Shown: piece after piece, positions 62,894-64,000 of the stretch
Layout of the letters: every line of letters begins with the position of its first letter
Position numbering within the stretch: position 1 is the stretch's first letter
NCBI GenBank assembly: GCA_963793865.1
Contig: CAWCBP010000014.1
Coordinates: forward strand, 275,069 to 339,068
Direction of reading: 5' to 3'
DNA length: 64,000 bases
Source: an uncultured delta proteobacterium
Lineage (GTDB): Bacteria > Desulfobacterota > WTBG01
The notes under the pieces: model-generated
Database searches by the model: none
The model's input: the letters and a program-made list of their open reading frames with translations, nothing else
What the model was told of the DNA's origin: nothing
Program-made: the position numbers and the translations under genes

Positions 62894-62961
62894 TGTCATT
62901 GCGAGGAGCACGAGCGACGAAGCAATCCCATGAGATTGCCGCGCTATCGCTCGCAATGACA
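62894..62961. repeat. REP/RPE-like family C, complete element
   Basis: TGTCATTGCGAG...GCAATC...GATTGC...CTCGCAATGACA. Confidence 0.82.
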
Positions 62962-63026
62962 ATTACATATCGGTTCCTTGAAATTTTCACACATGGATGC
63001 CCCGCGGCGGTGCCGCGGGGTTTGCT

Positions 63027-64000
63027 TTATCCGGCGGAGAGGATAAAGATGGTCAGCAGCAGTGAAAAGATGAAAAGGAAATAAAGCACACCCAGCCCGA
63101 TGGCCTGCCTGCCCGCGTCCGGGTCATAGCGTTCCATCGTTCCCCTGCCTGACGAGAACGATGCAAGCGCCGCCATCGGGTTTTTGCAGGCCCACTGTGC
63201 TGCAGCCACAACCCTGCCCGCAGCCCCCTGCAGGTCATTTCTCCTGCCGGCCAGATAGTAACAGCCCTTCATGAACTGCGCCGCGCCCCTGCGGTAGAAC
63301 CAGTCAAGGTCCAGGTTGATTTTTGCGTCAGGCTTTGCAAGGCGCCGCATGAGGACATATCCCAGCAGTGCCGCCATAAGCACATGCGTCCAGGTCATAA
63401 CCGAGTAATAATTATACGGTTGGAAATCTACCGCGAAGGGGAGTATCGCTTGGAGTACCTTAGGATACACGCCGATGAGCACGCAGATGAAACCCGTCAT
63501 CCCCATGGCAACGAGCATATTGACCGGCGGCTCGTGGGCTTTGATACCCTCGTGCGCATCCGGTCGGGACGCACTGCCGAACCAGGTGCTAATCGGCAGC
63601 TTGAGGCTGATGGAGAGAAAGGTGCCGATTGATACCAGATTGAGCAGCAGATATACGGCGGGCAGATGGATTTCGGCCAGCGCGTGCATGAGCATGCGCT
63701 TGCTTACGAAGCAGTTAAACAGGGGCACCGCGGAGATTGAGAATGCCCCCACGTAATAAAAAAGCAGGCACAGGGGCATGGACCGGTAGAGGTCCCTTCC
63801 CTGGAGGTCGGTCATCCTGCTTTTCCCGGTGACATAGAGAACCCCGCCTGTGGCCATGAACAGCAGGGATTTGCAGAAGATGTTGCAGAAGGCATGGGCG
63901 GCGGAACCATTCATGGCAAGTTCAGTTCCCAATCCCACCCCGCAGATCATGAAACCCACCTGGCTTATGATATGGTAAGAAAGCAGCCGCCGGATGTCGT
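63027..64000 (-). CDS. Proton-conducting membrane transporter (MrpD-like Na+/H+ antiporter subunit), 5'-truncated by the window edge
   Basis: RRLLSYHIISQVGFM at the edge, AHAF..IFCKSLLFM..G, P.FN.FVSK, INLDLDWFYR. Confidence 0.88.
   Translation of the reverse strand, partial: DIRRLLSYHIISQVGFMICGVGLGTELAMNGSAAHAFCNIFCKSLLFMATGGVLYVTGKSRMTDLQGRDLYRSMPLCLLFYYVGAFSISAVPLFNCFVSKRMLMHALAEIHLPAVYLLLNLVSIGTFLSISLKLPISTWFGSASRPDAHEGIKAHEPPVNMLVAMGMTGFICVLIGVYPKVLQAILPFAVDFQPYNYYSVMTWTHVLMAALLGYVLMRRLAKPDAKINLDLDWFYRRGAAQFMKGCYYLAGRRNDLQGAAGRVVAAAQWACKNPMAALASFSSGRGTMERYDPDAGRQAIGLGVLYFLFIFSLLLTIFILSAG

Noticed and set aside
62758..63084. 108-aa ORF after thi4
   Set aside because: It reads through MITE and REP sequence and overlaps the opposite-strand antiporter gene.

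Overview
64-kb window of GC-rich bacterial chromosome, most likely an anaerobic Desulfobacterota/deltaproteobacterium. This is inferred from the anaerobic cobalamin genes, W/Mo aldehyde:ferredoxin oxidoreductase, sulfide-type Thi4 and c-type cytochromes. Contents in order: a 5'-truncated P-type ATPase; an efflux cluster (RND pair, NodIJ-like ABC, MacAB plus NodT-type outer-membrane factor); EamA; a cold-shock protein; a two-gene glucan locus (1874-aa polytopic-membrane/GH94 phosphorylase fusion plus opgG, with no opgH or GT84 synthase); a ~200-nt long-stem non-coding element; cbiF-cbiG fusion and cbiH; a DrrAB-like ABC pair; a TolC-MarR-RND operon; a ~19-kb same-strand block (MarR, MMPL, DUF1302, DUF1329, two FAD oxidoreductases, YCF48, PorD, a PorB-like protein lacking the TPP motif, NuoEFG/Bfu-like module with no catalytic subunit, ferredoxin, GGR-family flavoprotein, MFS fused to a PCP_red-like domain); a TMTC-like TPR glycosyltransferase; two unusual heme c proteins; DUF4198; aor; thi4; and a truncated MrpD-like subunit. 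Many genes at 1-13 kb and 32-51 kb are split by small indels that look like sequencing errors. Intergenic spaces carry several REP/MITE-like palindrome families and 7-nt-period repeats. I found no rRNA, tRNA, CRISPR array, transposase or integrase. All family assignments come from motif recognition by eye, not database searches.
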